This document shows positions 37,801-52,800 of a DNA stretch of 64,000 bases, one piece after another. The translations under genes were made by a program, and so were the position numbers. Where the stretch lies: contig NC_092670.1 in assembly GCF_964355755.1 (NCBI RefSeq), positions 15,300,795-15,364,794 on the forward strand, written 5' to 3'. The notes beneath the pieces are model-generated. The model searched no databases, was not told the origin of the DNA, and worked only from the letters and a program-made list of their open reading frames with translations. The stretch's first letter is position 1. Every line of letters starts with the position of its first letter. The stretch comes from Antedon mediterranea. Taxonomy: Eukaryota > Animalia > Echinodermata.

Positions 37801-40800
37801 ATGTTTTGTATCTGTGTAGGAGATAGAAAGTTGTAACATGTTATTTTGTATATTTGAATAGAATTAGGAGAAATTTTCTTCTTTCTTTATACGAGTGGTT
37901 ATTTAAATTTAGTGTTAACTTTTAGTTGATAAAATTGTTACTTACAATCACCTGATTTTGTCCAAATTAGGACTCGAACAAGAACTTAAATGTTGATTTG
38001 CTTACAATCAACCCGCCACCAGTCATAAAGCGTAAAGTCGCCACTCCCACCTCCCTTGCATTGCCCGAGTCAACAAGCGACAAGATACCAGAACTATCCG
38101 CAGCTCCATTTCGACTCGGAAACAGACTCATCTTCAGACGAAGTGAAAGTGGATCTCAGAGTCGGATTGAGGTAGTCCATTTGACGTCTACTATTCTGCA
38201 TGAAGCTTTTAAAGATGATTTAAAATTCCTATGCATTTTGTATTGTACTAATTGTACATGGCTTCATGTGTAGAATGAGCACAGTATGGCGACCCTGTTC
38301 CTCGTCACTCCTTTTAACCCAAGTTTTATTTGTTTTTAGCATGTTACCCACAATATGAGGAAATTGACAACACAAAATTTTATTGAAAAGTATTTTTAAA
38401 TTCTGATATTTTCAGAAACCAGAAAAATACTTTTATTGCCAATTAATTTTAGGTAAATAAAAAATTATTTATGGAACAATTTTATCAATCCTCAAGCTCT
38501 GTGACTGGAGTGAATGTTGTATTTGAAAAAAATTGATAGTACTTCAAACTAAGAGAATGCTTTCAAATATACTAAAATGTCTTGTGTACTAAAGGCCTAA
38601 CAGCCCTGATCCCAGTAGTATCGTGATTAAGAATTTCTAAAACCCTGCAAGATGCTTCGATAGACATCACAGAACGTATCAGAAACAACCCAATGCAAAC
38701 AAGACAAGAAGTTGAGCTCTTTGATATTTGAACAAGATCAGTTTGCCCACATCAATGGATGCATCCTGGTGACAGCTTGTGATTCTTTGTTTTAACAGCA
38801 TTTGTGTTGTATCAAGGTCTTTTGGCCTCCTTCTCACCAGCTATCAAAGCCAATGTCACGCCATATCACAGTAACAGTCTTAGTGTATAAAGGTAAAATG
38901 TTCTGAAATATTTCGTGTGAGCTATCAAAACCAATCTCATGCGATGTCAAAGTTTTACAAACCATTGGTGTGTAGAGGTCTTATTGTATCAACACTAAAC
39001 ATGTACTTTGGCCTTCAATTGTACCATATCTCCAGAAGAAATGCAGCATTAAACTGGTGGAGTGGTAGAGGTCTTACTGTATATCAGCGCTAGACGTTGC
39101 TGGCCATTAATCAATACCTGAGATATTAAAACACAAACCATTGGTGTGTACTGTTAATGTCTGGTACTAGTTTACTGCCGACCTCGAAGAAGTAGAAGAC
39201 GACTATAAACCTGTTGTGTTTAAGTCAAGAACTATAGTGTGTTCCAAGTGAAACCAAGCCATCTTGTTTCTGATAACAAAAAAGGAAATTTTTATTTCCT
39301 AATAATGTAAAGTTATTGTATACTGTATCTCTTCCATTAGAAGCTGTTATCTTTTCCTTGTATCATTATGATGTCTGTTAAATCAGCATGTGTTATAACT
39401 GTGCATTCTGTGTGTCTATTTCAAGTGAGCATTGTCTATTTCAAGTGAATGTTGTCTATTTCTGTATGTTTTCCTCATAAAGCATGATGTTAATTCTTCA
39501 AGCATGATCAGTGATCTTATCTTGTTATGTATTTCAGCATTAAAGCTAGCCCAGGTTCTAGACCGAAATTAGTAAAAACAAATGTTGGCATATATGGCAT
39601 TTCATGTATATGATCCTGTACATGAACTCATATTCAGATAAAAACAAATGTAACGTTGACTGCCTGGAGGACTAACACATAAAAGACAATAAATACAGAC
39701 TTGAAAGTCTTCTGTAAATGAAAGTATACAATTAAGCTAATTTCTGAATAGGTATAGGATTGATTGATTATTTATTGATTATTGATTGATTATTAGTGGA
39801 AAGGGTCATAATAATATAAGTTCAAATCGCCACTATACCTGTGATATTGATACCGTACCACAACAGAAAAATAAAGTGTGCAATCTTTATGAAATCATGT
39901 CAAAATTATTCTCCTGCAGTTTACTGCAGTAAATATGATTTTAGTATGTTTCAATGTAGAAGTTTGTATAATATTAATTATGTATGAAAAATACAGAACT
40001 GTACCTTAAAACAAACATTATTTAAAGAGTACAGTATTTCATAATGTAATTATTACTGCAGTAACTAAAGCTAAATACTTTTGACATACCTGTTCCCTTA
40101 AAAAAAAATGTATTATTCATTGTTATATCACTTTGTATTTCTTTATGTCACAGTTTTAAATATTTTGTTACATTTATTTTTCCCCAATTTTATTTGCTAT
40201 CATGGTGCTATTTGGATGTAGGAGGTAGGTGTAGTTAATCAAACTAAACATTGTCAGGTCCACAAAGAGCATGCGCATTTTAAGAGAGAGATCACATGAA
40301 CTATCCTGGTATGAATGCTTAATATGCAAATTTAAAATAATTAATATGCAAATAAGTTTCAGTTAGTATTGTAGTCTCATGGCCAAACAGTTAGATTTTT
40401 TATTTTAAAAGGTTATTCAAATAATACTAAAATAAACCCCAAAAAAATATGCAATTACTATAAAATATTTAAATAAAAAATATAAGTTGATGTTTCTTTG
40501 CAAATTAAAGTGACTTATTTATACTTTTTTATTTTAGTCAACTAAACGGCGATGGCATAGTGGACCGGCACAAGAGTCAACCACAAGTCCAGGAAGGGCA
40601 ATGCAAGCCACACTAGCCCAGAGCAAGTCTGTTGGTAAGACATTGTTTACAAACACTTGCAGAAATTATCTTCCCCCCCCCCCCCTTTTTTTTTTTCTTT
40701 TTTACAAAATTATTTCTTCACAAGGCAAAAACACACGATGCAAAGCATTTAGTGATCATGTCAAAATTATTATACTGCAGTTACTGCAGTACTAAATTTT

Positions 40801-43800
40801 AAACTCTTTACATCCTGTTCATACAATTATTTAGCAAGCTCTTTTTTGGATAACTATACAGTATACACTGAAACATACATACATTATTGCAGTAAAAGAT
40901 GTACTGTAGTAAACTGCAGTACAATAATGTTGACATGATCCCTTAGCTATTTCTTCTTTATAAATACAGTCACTGTATACAGGTTTTTTAAAAGGTAATA
41001 CTTTTTTATGGCATCTATATTGAATGGCTAATAAATACTATACAAAAAAATACTATACAAAAAAAATTATAAACATTTCTGTACTTTCTTTTATTTCAAT
41101 AAGGCTGCTTAAAACAACTTTTTTTAGCATAAAATATTGTTTGATGCTTTTTATTTAAATTTGTTATTTTCCTTTCATGCTCTTATAATACTGTACTCTT
41201 GAATTTTCATGTTTTTTTTACAACTGTTTGCTATGATTATTTAAGTATAAAAATCATTCTCTGGTTGAACTGGATTAGTTAAAATATACGTGAAAACCTT
41301 TTATTAGACTTGGCCCGTCCATATCGTCCTCATCCTACACAACCACCCTATTCTCATCCATATTTTGATGATTTGTTTCAGTATCATGGAAAATTGTGTA
41401 ATACAGCATCACATGTGGTGCCTATATCATGTATGTTCATTTTCATCATATCATTTCCTTCATCTCTCTATCAAAATAATTAAAGGTTCGCCTCGCAACT
41501 ACTTTGCAGCCATGAGGATGCGTGAGTATGTAACCGAGCCTGAACGACGAAGGCCTCAGCAGCAATGGTCCAGAGCCAGACATTTTTCTGAAGAGGACCC
41601 CTTCAGTACACCTTTTCACCCTGTAAGCTATTCTAGCCTAGATGCAGTAGAACCCCTCCTGTGGGATACCACTATTAAGTTGCGCTTATGTCGACAATTA
41701 ACTCAACGCAACTCAACTCAACTAAAAGACACAAGTTGCACAAAAGCGCTGTCAAGCAGCGAATGAGCAACTCAGCGGAACTAATGAGCAAGCGCTTATA
41801 CCATTTGTATTCATTGTAACTAGTCGTGGTTACCATAACATGACGTGATTCGTAGTTGTATAGGAACCATGCACAAGTGCTTATTTTGAAACTGATCAAT
41901 ACTGGTCACGATTATCCTTACTGCACGTGTGATGTTATTCAAAGTTTTCAGTTGCATACATTTTTATTTTATTCAATTTTCAGGCACAAAAAAACATGAC
42001 AACAAGACAGCGGTGCAGCACCCTGAGGATTGCCATGAGTGCAAAGCACTATCGAGATGGCTCTCCATATACTGCACTTGAACAAATAAGTAAACCATAA
42101 AAAGACAAAGATATAAAAATTTAAAATTGCGAGGCGTCAAGTTGAAAAATCATTAAAATTGAATCTAAAAAATATATATATATAAATATTATGTACAGAT
42201 AAAAATGATTGTTTAAAGATAAAAAAAAATAAAAAGTTTAAAGTTGCCTGACATAAGACCGGAGAGCTGTCACAAATGTGTTAAAACTAAATAAAGAATG
42301 TTCTCTAATATAATTAGGAATCTCTTGCCATACACGGGGAAAATTAGTGTACAATGAATATTTAAAAGAATTGGTTCTGGCATATTTGTGTTTAAAAATA
42401 ACTGATTCGGAATACCTTGGATTAAAATCAACAAAATCGTGAATATTAAGATCAATTCGACCATACATACATTTCATAATAAAAAGTATACTGAGAAAAC
42501 ACACTCTCTGGTCCATAGATGGCAAATTTAAATGTTCGAGCCGTTGCTCGTAATCGTCCTTAGCACACAATTTTGTGATCCTTCGAAGAGGTTTATTTAT
42601 GCTAGTAATATGTTGTTTTTGATGAGGCACCCAAACAGGGGCAGCATACTCAAGTATGGGCCTACATAAACCGTTAAAAAGCCTCATCAAAATTACAGGG
42701 TCGTTAAATATCACAAAACGCTTTATGAATCCGACAATTTGGAGAGATTTTGTGGTAATTGCGGACACATGCGTTGACCAAGAGAGATTGCTTTCAAAGT
42801 GAATACCAAGATATTTGTAGGAGGTAACTGCTTGAAGGTCATTAGTGTGAATGTGATAACGAGCATGAATGGGATTACGTTTGCGAGTAATATGGAGAAC
42901 TTTGCATTTTTTAGCATCGCGAGGTATTGTGGTACTGAGAGGAACTGAAAGCAACTGATAGAAACTAACCCTATGTTAACATTTTTTGTGCGCTTGCCAG
43001 TTGCGGTCAGTTGAGGTCAAGGTCAGGCTCGGAGCGATTGTGTCGACACAGTTGAGTTGAGTTCAGTTGATACTTTTCCATGAAACAAGCAAAATGTAAC
43101 ATTTGTTTAACACTGATATTATTCAGAGGACACTTTGATGGGTCCTAGGTGTCGTCTTAATAGGAGGTTCTACTGGACATTTATTTGGCATTTTTTTATT
43201 TTATTATTTTATTTTATACGTTTGCCTATTTTCTTAAACATATTTTAGATTCAGATTATTTCAGTTCTTATTAAAATGTTTCACTTTAAAAAAAAAACTT
43301 TTTTTTATTCTTCCTTATTTTTTACCTATACTTACAAATTTTAGAATTAAAACATTATTTTGGTAGAATAATGGTAATCTCATATTAATATAAAAAACAA
43401 TTTTTGGAAATTTAATTTTATAGTATAATATTTTACATTATTTAGAGATAGTGTAAAGAAAATTAATTTTAATGAAATTACCAACTATAATTACTAAAGC
43501 TGAAAGTTATTCATTTTTTTTTTTTTAGCATCTTTCTTTCTCGCTTGAGATTTTGAATAATTTATACAAAAATTAAATAAGTTCATGTAAATTAACAAAC
43601 GTTTTACCATTCCAGAGATCATATTCTGAATCTTATGTGAGAAAGAAAGGTCAGTGTAACCATGACAACAATCAACAGTCCGTTTCTCCCTTTTACCTGC
43701 TTTGCTTGCATCAGCTCTTTAGATTATTTTTCAGTATTATAGTGTTATCAAGTTTAATACTCATGATTGGTCGTAAACGTGCGAATAAGTGTCCTATGCT

Positions 43801-46800
43801 GAACTCGCCACAAAATGTTTTGTCACATCTTTTAGGGTAGTTGTTTTGTCACATCTATTAGGGTGGTGAAGGTAATCATTTTAAAATCATCCGACATCGG
43901 TGTCTGTAGGTAACCACAGGTTTTTGACTATGAACATGACATTTTCATGTGAGCTTATTGCATACCTATACTAAGTTGAAAGTTCAAATTTACAGGCAGC
44001 CAATTACATTATTGATGGTATAAGCCTTATAATTTATTTTAGTTATAGTATTAATGTTCTGCCACCTCAATGCAACACAATCTCTCTCTCTCTCTATGTT
44101 TATTATAACATGGCTTTTCAACATTATTGTATTTGATATTTTGTCCAAGTTGGTTTATTGATCGGTCGGTTTTAAACATTTGAGCACCGGACGCTTATTC
44201 ACATTTTACGACTTCTTTTTAATTCATACTAATTTTCAAGCATACTTCTTAAGATCAGTTGTTGAACTTGTATTGTTGCATTTGTCATGACTAAAGTTTA
44301 ACCCACAGATTTCACCTTGTCCACGTCCAGTACCCATTATTTTTTTTCCCAACGTGTTTAAAGGCCGAGATGCACAACATTGGCAAAAATAATAGTGGGC
44401 GCTATAAGCATGAGCATAAATCAAATATGCCAGTTGTTCTTTGACTGAATGGTTCAAAATCCATTGATGACATTGGTTTTATTGGGTTTTTTTTTGGGGG
44501 GGGGGTGGGAGGGGGAGAGAGATCATATTTAGAGGGTTAGGTTCAGTTATATTTAGGATATATAGGTGAATTATTCATGATTTCTGCCTTAACACGTTGG
44601 GGAAAAATAATGAGTCCAGCACATCTGATTACTGCTGTAATAACTGCATTCACTCTGTTGCTCATTGTAGAAATGTTTGTTTGTAATTTCAGTTCTCCAG
44701 TTCAGAATATTCATTAGACAGAATGGATATAGATTCAGGTAATATGTAAACACTCAGAAGAAAATGAAAAGATAACTTGTGGTTGTTGTTCTGGACAATA
44801 ATATCATGGAGAATATCCCCTGAGGCACCCCTCAATCTACCCTCCCCCCCCCCCCCACTTTCTTTAGGACTACTACTCTCAGGAAAACGACTGTATCCAA
44901 TTAACCCTAATACTAAGGTGGTTGTTGTCCTACAATTTTTTTTTCCCTTAAAAGATGTTACAAAAGAACAACAATATTTTAGGTTAAATAATTATGTTCA
45001 AAAGTAGTGTTACAATATCTATATTAATTTACCTATTTTGTCCAATTACAAAAATTCTGTTATTTCCTGTGTATTACTGTACCTGCCAACTACTGTAAAC
45101 ACACCATCCTTTGGATGAGACTTTTGATGTTGATCCTGTGTGTAGCATGATTTGTGGGATTGTCTTTTCACCACAACTGGATTCACCACAATAACTGAAT
45201 CATACTACTGGAAATATGGTCATTCAGACTTTCACAGGCTATTGTTCGTGTCATATACCGGATACATTATTAATACTATTTTGAAACTTTACTAATTTAG
45301 CCATACTGTATTTGTATAGCAATCCAATTATATAATGCGAATTAGTGGGTGGCTTTAACTTTCTTTTAAAGAGTATATAATGGATCTACTGTTAACACAA
45401 TTTTCAAGCCTTTATCACAGAATTCAAGTCTTTTTATTGTGGTGTATGCATGACTGCACAGAATGCATTTTACATACAGCCTACATATTATCATAACAGG
45501 TTGTTAATGTTTGTACATCACAGGTGTTAATACTGTATATTCGTACCACTGTGTACCAACAAGATTCATTGGTTGTATTTGTAAAAGTCAAGCATCACAT
45601 GATACTACCATGGTATACAAACCACTATTTAATTTGATGTTATCAGTTGTTAGACAGAAAGAAATGATAGTACCACAAATAAACCGACTTATTAATTTGT
45701 GAATTTAATGTTCGTCTCATGTTGGGCCTGTCTATTTCATTACAGTGCTGTCTTTTGCTAAAGCATACAGCTTTCTCCATTATATACTCTTTTTACTAAT
45801 AGCATTTCTCTTTCATCTTTTTTAATATGTTTGCACTATCACGCTGTGCTGCTGCTTTTGCCTTCCATTTCAACCTTTTGTTTACATGCATGCTTAATTC
45901 ATTGTTGATTTTTTAAATCATACTACACCGTATATCCTCTGGTATAATCCCACGTCCTCCCCCTAGAACAAGAAGTCTTTTGAGGGTGTGACTAGAGAGA
46001 GGCCTACACCCAGACCAAAAGTCAATACTGGGACTATTGGGAATATGCCTGAGACATAAAGTAGATTACACCTGAAGTTGAATTATACCTGAGGATATAC
46101 AGTAGTAACAATTTTATTTATATTATTATATCATATTTTGTTGTATATTCAATTTCTAATCTAATTTTCTGTATTTGTGTTTTTTTTTTATGTTAGTTTG
46201 TATATTACAGTATACAATTTGGTTATATTTCCATAAAAATTGAATTTCCATAAATAAATATTTTTTTATTGCCCACTTTTATGTGTGCTTTACTCGCCAT
46301 CATATACTATGTCTAGCCAAGGATCTATCTTAAATGAGTATTATGGTGGACTATTGTTTCTCACAATAGCCCACCATATCACCATACCTACAAACGATAG
46401 ATAGATTTTCTAGGCTACAACATCAAGCCTTGCTTTATTAACATATTTGGGGAAACTATATATTTAATAGGCTCTTTGTACAATTTAGTGATCATGTCAA
46501 AGTTATTCTACTGCAGTAACTACATTTTGACTCTTCCAATGTAGATGTTTATGAGCAGGCAGTCTGAGTCACTTCATAAACAGTGTGTATAATCAGGGAG
46601 TTGTAAAATCTCCCTGGTATAATTACCCCAAAAAAGAAAGAAATTTCATTTGTAGAATAAAGAGGATAAGCAATTAGTTACTGCATTAACTGCAGTAGAA
46701 TACTTTGACATGATTCCTTAGCTTCTTGGAACCTCTTCTGACCATGTATCATTTAGTTCTTTGAGTTATATATTAACTATCATCAACTCAGGCTATGAGA

Positions 46801-49800
46801 ATGAAATCTAATAGTTGGCTAATTTACAGACTGCAAATATTGCTTTTATTTATTTATTTTGCATTTTGTTTAATAAGATAAAACAAAGATTTTGATTTGC
46901 AAATTTACAGAGGAAGAGGAACTTACGTTTGTTCGTTTTATGAAGGCACATAAATGCTATGAAATCATACCTACAAGCTCTAAACTAGTTGTTTTCGATA
47001 CCCAGCTGTTGGTAGGTATACGTTTCTCTAGTATAAGCCCACCTTGAGGCTTTTAAGCCCAGGCTCATATCTGGTATAATTTTGTACAGCATATATGGGT
47101 ATTGGAGTGACTTCTATATTTTTGAGTCTCAGTTAATTTTTTCTCCAGTATAAACTCACTCTGGTCGTTATAAGGATAAATTAGATATGTGGATCCATTT
47201 TTATTTTACATGTGTTTGTAGATAACAACCTCTATATTTTGGGTCTTAGATATTAGCCCACTACATAGTGTAAATCCACCCGAAAAATGACTTTTTGCTA
47301 TTTTACAGTACTAATTTTGCTTCAAGCAATTTTCAATCTAATTTTGTCAGAATGATATAGATAAAATATAATTTGGGCAAATAAACTGTGTTGAAGCCAT
47401 TGATACTCTACTGTTTATCTACTACAATCACTTGTTTTTATAGGTAAAGAAAGCATTTTATGCTTTAGTTTACAATGGTGTGCGAGCAGCTCCATTGTGG
47501 GACAGTGCTAAGCAGGATTTTGTTGGCAAGTTTTATATTTAATTTTATAATACATATTTTTCTACAGTTGCTTAATAAGAAATGTTTCATTACTTTTAAT
47601 ACTGTTTTTGGTTACCCATACTACTGTACATGTATATTATAAAAGTGAATATCTTTCAATTATTCAACAATTACCAATTACAGGCTGATAATTAATTAAA
47701 TAAATGAATGATGTTTTATGTATTTTTAGGAATGTTAACTATAACAGATTTTATCAGTATACTGCAGTACTACTACACAACACCATATGTAAGTAATTTT
47801 TAACAGATACAATCCCTCTAAACTCCCATTGCCATTGCCAATGCCATTTTCTTGTCACATAATTATTTACTTTGACAAAATTATTTACCTGAAAAACAGT
47901 AATTTAATGGGGAAAGTAGTCAACCAGAACAGACAATGTTAATTTGTAAGCCGAAATAATTATTTTTCTTTGGTTTTAAATTATTTAACTTTTACGTTTG
48001 ATATTTAGTCATCGGTATGTTTTATGGGAGACAAAAAAAAAATCTTATTTTTCTATTTGATATGATATCATGTTTTTAATATTATATTAAGCTAAATCCA
48101 TAATTTATTGGATTTTCATTTAACCTTTATAAATATTTTAACCAACTTTTACAGGAAAAAATGGACAAGTTGGAAGAGCATAAGATAGCAACATGGAGAG
48201 GTGAAAATCTTATTAAAAATACATTTTTAGTGTTGATTTAACCTCCAATCAACTATTTTTAAAATACATGTTTTTTCTCAATTATGCAATGACCAGCAGT
48301 TTACTCACACATAAACTGAAGAGCTTGATGTACTTGCAGAATCATGAAATTGTGCACAAATTTATGTAACCTGACAAATTGTTTGACTGCTTCAGACCTT
48401 ATTTTTGTTTGTTTTTCCATATAACTGCCCTTTTAGTAGTTTTAGCATTAGTAATGGCATATAGCTGCAGCTCCATTATCGTTCCTAATCTATAGGCGTT
48501 AGCAAGTGGGCTACATTTTTTACATTGCAATGCAAAATATAGGACATTAGGCTATGTTTTACCATTTTTATCGCCCCTCTATTTTAATATGCTTGATCCA
48601 CCACTGTCATCAGCTTTACTGTGTCTACTCTTTGTAGAACTCTTTGAAATTCCAACAGTAAGACGAAGTAACATATAGAATCTGTAGATGCACATGCCTG
48701 AGATAATCAATAAAAGTCTTTCACACCTGTTCTGGCACGGTTTCAGTCCGGTGGCAGAAAATCAAATCGACTACAATGTTTTTCACCAACGCGCATACCA
48801 ATTGCTGCATAGCCATGTGGAACATCGTTAAAACAAAATAATGACATTCAAGTTGATTTGCCAACTCCGGACTGGAACCATACAGCAACAAGTGGTGTGA
48901 AATACCCTTTAGTCCAGATCTCTTACCATTGTGCCATATGTGTCATATACAACTACAAAACTTGGATTGGTGTACAGTAAATGTAAAGACGTTTTAGTAC
49001 TGTGAGATTGTCAACCTTGCTAAAAAGGCTTTTGAAAAATCGTTCAGACTGGGTAGAAGAAATAGTGATAAAGAAAATACACTCCCCAGATCCATCATTC
49101 ATGACTACACCCATATTTGATCATAGTTTTAAAGATATATTGTCCCCTAGAAAAATAATTGAAAAAGTATTTGATTGAAAAACTAATTTTACCTGATATA
49201 GAAAAAAAATTGTCAACTGAAAGCCCATTGTTTTGAATTAATGGGTTTTTGGTTAAATTTAGCTTAAACACCATTTTTGTTTGTGGGAAAAGTGAATAAC
49301 TTTATTAAAAATAAATTGCCTATTAAAATTTTGATTTTATACATCTTTATTTTTCATGTTTTAGGTGACAATACATCTTTTTGTGTTACTGTATTAGTGC
49401 ATGATTGTGATTTATAGTAACGTCATTTCATTCATACCATTTCCTTTTCATTAGATGTGTTGAAAGTCAAACAGCGTCCTCTTGTGTTCACACACCCGGA
49501 TGCAAGGTTAGTCTCCACCCTTGAATCTTGAATTTCCATTTAATGTTTACTCCTGTTTTTCTAGATGTTTTGAGTAGCATCGGCGCATATAAATCTTTAG
49601 TATACACAAACCCGGACACAAGGTAAGGTGTATGTCACCAAATCATTCTACTGCAGTTACTGCAGTAACTACAGTCTTTACTGCAATAACATGATTTTAG
49701 TATGTTTAATGAAATAGTTTATGAATAATAAGTTTTGAGTGTGTTTGTCCAAAAAAGATTAATAAAAAACAGGTTTAAGGGTATACAAAATGTAGTTTGT

Positions 49801-52800
49801 ACTGCAGTAACTGCAGTATAAACATTTTGACATGGTTCCTAATGGTGTATTTCACCAAATCATCTCGCATTGTATTTTTTTGTTGAGAAGAACATTTACT
49901 CTACTGTAGGAAACATGCTCATTTACCTAAGATGTATCAAAACATATCCATCTAATGCTAAAGCTTGGTTTCCACTTAAACGCAACACAAAGTTGTGTTG
50001 GCCAATCACAAACAACAGTTTGGATGGTATATCATATTGTGATTGATCAAATTGCTTGCCTTGCATGTCCTTGCATTTAATGAGGAATCCAGTTTAAATT
50101 CTTGTAGGCAACCAATTATAACATTAATAAAGTTCATATTTGTTTGTATTGATAGCATTTAGTTCTCGAACACAAAAAAAGATAAAAAAATATCCAGCTA
50201 TTAATAAGTTCTTGTAATCAATGATAACATTTTATTTATTTATTTTTTTTTTAATTATCTTTTCTGGAGGTCTAGTCATCCATAAAAAATTTCAAAATAT
50301 ATAAAATACTGTAGTGTTTATCAAAATTTTGTCCATTACCAGATTATTTTCAGTTGTTCACCATGTAGAGCACATTAAATTTTTAAAATGTGTGCAATAG
50401 TAGTACATTTTTACATACGCAGTGTTTTCATATGTGCTCCATGCTTTATATACTGTATTATAGGTGTAATGCAAAACTTTTTAAATTTTAAATTAATTTC
50501 TTCTTGTAATGCCATGTTTTTATATGTGATCATTTTTTGAATATAAACATTATTTTAAAATGTATTGTCAAAGCACCAGAAAAATTGAGTCGTAAAAATA
50601 ATAATAATAATGCCCAATGCACAAAACCTCTAAGCTCTTCACATTATTGCCCCGGTAATGTCAAACATGTCTGGAAACATACTCCCATAATGTTGCAGTC
50701 GTAATCAGCGCAGTTGTGTTTTGACCTATACCAGGTACCCATTTGTACACCTGGGTGGAGAGACACAAATGTAATGCGACAAACTTTGGATTCAAACCCA
50801 CGATCAGCTATATATAATAGTCCAACGTCCAACACACTGCGCCACATGCCCTTACAGTTTTACTTCTAATCTGAATGTATACATTTCCAAAGCTCATTGA
50901 TTTGTAATACTAAGTGAATGTCCATCTTATTTTATGTTTAATTTACCTTCATTTTATTTATTTTTTTTTTTTTCCATAGTTTGTTTGAAGCTGTGCGTAT
51001 GTTAATTCAAGAAAAGATACATCGCTTACCAGTCCTGGATAAAACAACTGGCAACGTCATTTACATTCTCACTCACAAACGCATCCTAAAGTTTCTCTCA
51101 CTTTTGGTAAGATGAACATTTCAGTTGTGTGAAACAATTTGTTTTTAAGATATTCATTTTTTGCCACAATAAAAGAAGCTGCCTTTTATTGTTAAATTGG
51201 TTGTTAAGTTTTCTAAAAATTTAACACATTTACAGGTGTTAAAGTCAGTAATAAAGAGGCCTTGAGACAACCTCATTATGCTTACATAATCCTATAAATG
51301 AAGTTGGTAAAATTTACCAAAATAATATCATACAATTACAGTATTACAAAATATATTAATTTATAGGATCATAGTTCTTATGAGAGAGAACGTCTTTTTA
51401 AAATTGATGTGTCCAGTATCAAGTATTTATTTTCCAATAAAAAGGTAGTACGTTTAAGTGTGCAGGATTCATCTTTGGTTTGAGCATGGAGCTAACAGTT
51501 ATAAGTTTGCCGTCTCACTCACTAATTTATCTTTGTTTAGTTTGTTATTGTTTTTTTTTTCTTGTATATAACACCTGTCGTTATTATGTTAAATAATATT
51601 AAAATTAGGTTAGTTGTGTAGGGCTGTATGTAAATATAAAAATGAGAACATTATCTAGACGATAACCTATTTTAAATCTATTTTGATTATTCACAGTTCA
51701 AATAATATTTATTTAGTCACAAATCAATAATAACCCTGAGGGAGATTATAGGCTAAAACCTACAGAGATTCTGCACTCACTTTATGGTAACAAAACCATA
51801 AACAAAACAAGAAATTAAAAAATACAAACACAATAAATAGAAAATAGAAAACAATAATATTCTGAAATGTGTTTATGGTAGAACTGCATTTAATTCTTGC
51901 ATTTTAGAAGGCAGACAAGTTAATAATAAGACACTTCATGTCCTAAAAAATGTGATTGGCCCATATATGGTAGTGCTATGCTTAAATATGGTAGTGATAT
52001 GATATCATTATGTCCATATATAGGCACATCACATTTTTTTGACACATGATATTTGATAGCGTAGACAGGGGTTTAAGGTCACCAGTGCAGTTTACTACTT
52101 AGCTCACCGTGTAGTGTAAAATCAAACTTGTAAAATTATGATAATTACTTAAATTTGCTGACAAAAATGCTCTTTCTAATGTGCATGTTTTTTTGTTCTT
52201 AGTATAAAATTAATTAAGAGATTTTTACAACGTACAATAACTTCAAAATAAAATTTAATGACGTTTAGGAACCATCATGGAACCAGTCTCAAGAACAAAC
52301 GACTAAACTTAACAAGATACAAAGCACCAAAGGGTGACAGGAAATACTTAAACAATTAGTAACAAAGACTGAAAAATTTTGTGTTTCGTAGTGTAGTTGT
52401 TAATTTTATTCATTTTTTCTTCAGAATGGTTCCGAAACGTTGATCTTTTATGTCATTTAATTTTATTTTTAAATAAAATTAATCGTAAACAAAAATATAA
52501 ATTGGTCACTAACATAGTGTTAAAACAGCACATTACAAAAGATCCTCAGTCCCCTTGGTTATTTACAAAATCAAACATAGGAATTGTATTGAAATATTGG
52601 TTTTGCTCTATTTATCTAGGTTTTTCTCTATTGTTAACTGCATGATGTACAGTACTTCTAGTATTAACCTTTTTTTACCAAAAAAAAAATGGTTTATTGT
52701 CAATTAAATTGGGTCTTTTATTGGTAATTACATTTTTAAAAATATGTGCATTTTTAAATTTATGTGATATTTTTACAAATTTTGTTTTTGATATGTTATA

